Part shown: positions 25,750-26,054 of the stretch, in pieces
Position numbering within the stretch: the first letter of the stretch is position 1
Layout: each line of letters starts with the position of its first letter
DNA from: Minisyncoccota bacterium
GTDB taxonomy: Bacteria > Patescibacteriota > Minisyncoccia > Phycocordibacterales > UBA1006
DNA length: 26,054 nucleotides
Assembly (NCBI GenBank): GCA_937970115.1
Contig: CALBVO010000081.1
Span: forward strand, 1-26,054
Reading direction: 5' to 3'
Position numbers and translations under genes: made by a program
The notes under the pieces: model-generated
Database searches by the model: none
Told to the model about the DNA's origin: nothing
Seen by the model: only the letters and a program-made list of their open reading frames with translations

Positions 25750-26054
25750 GTCCATGTCAGGTAATCGCGCGACCAATTTATTGGAGTGAGGAAAGTCCGG
25801 ACATGTTTTTCCTTCGGGATCAAAAATGGTAGCAGGTAACCCCTGTCCGTAGTAATACGCGAGGTGCGAGCAGTGACGCCTAATTCGAAAGATGATGGCA
25901 TCTCTCTGGAGATGAATTGATATGGTGACATATCTAGTGAAACGGCTAAACCCTTACCTGCATGCAAAGTCGTACTGAAATTTATTTCAGAGTGCCGCAA
26001 AGAATGATATGGTGACATATCATCAAGATAAATGATTACCCTAAGACAGAATCC
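25750..26054 (+). ncRNA. rnpB: RNase P RNA (bacterial), 3' end cut by the window edge; 5' boundary approximate
   Basis: Conserved GAGGAAAGTCCGG, GGTAACCCC, GTGAAACGGCTAAACCC, AGATAAATGATTACC and ACAGAATCC motifs in the correct order; P2 pairing GGTAATC/GATTACC. Confidence 0.93.

Noticed and set aside
25725-26018. 97-aa minus-strand ORF from the track
   Set aside because: It is antisense to the RNase P RNA, whose conserved motifs explain the sequence; no protein-like features.
1-26054. Alternative genetic code (TGA=Gly or TAA readthrough)
   Set aside because: All long conserved genes are open in the standard code with no internal TGA, and TAA terminates most genes; the single internal TAA is better explained as a mutation or error.

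Overview
AT-rich bacterial chromosomal window read in the standard genetic code. Compact core proteins, SD-less starts and heptamer repeats suggest a Patescibacteria/CPR (Parcubacteria-like) genome; this is inference. The right half is core machinery: rnpB (RNase P RNA, truncated by the window edge), trmD, a hypothetical gene and a tightly packed rpoB-rpoC-dnaG-rpoD run. The left half mixes gyrB, ung, a YqaA/DedA membrane protein and pyk with accessory genes: EEP nuclease/phosphatase, two NUDIX hydrolases, Kbp/YgaU-like BON-LysM, AlkD-like repair protein, SAM methyltransferase, ABC exporter, SnoaL-like protein and a Bacteroidota-type ECF sigma. I found no CRISPR, tRNA, rRNA, transposase or phage genes. 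The most notable signals are: (1) 11 genes with ATG 6-7 nt after a -10 hexamer (leaderless layout); (2) a 7x heptamer tract right after a NUDIX start codon that could be an ON/OFF switch; (3) five related tandem-GA palindromic elements at gene 3' ends, all oriented the same way relative to the adjacent upstream gene; (4) a promoter-to-terminator unit upstream of rpoB holding only a 10-codon ORF with a perfect SD; (5) a primase missing 3 of 4 zinc ligands and an RpoB lacking Rif-contact R529; (6) four gene lesions (nonsense in EEP, 1-nt A-run deficits in kbp and pyk, 5-codon deletion in the ECF sigma HTH), some of which may be sequencing errors.
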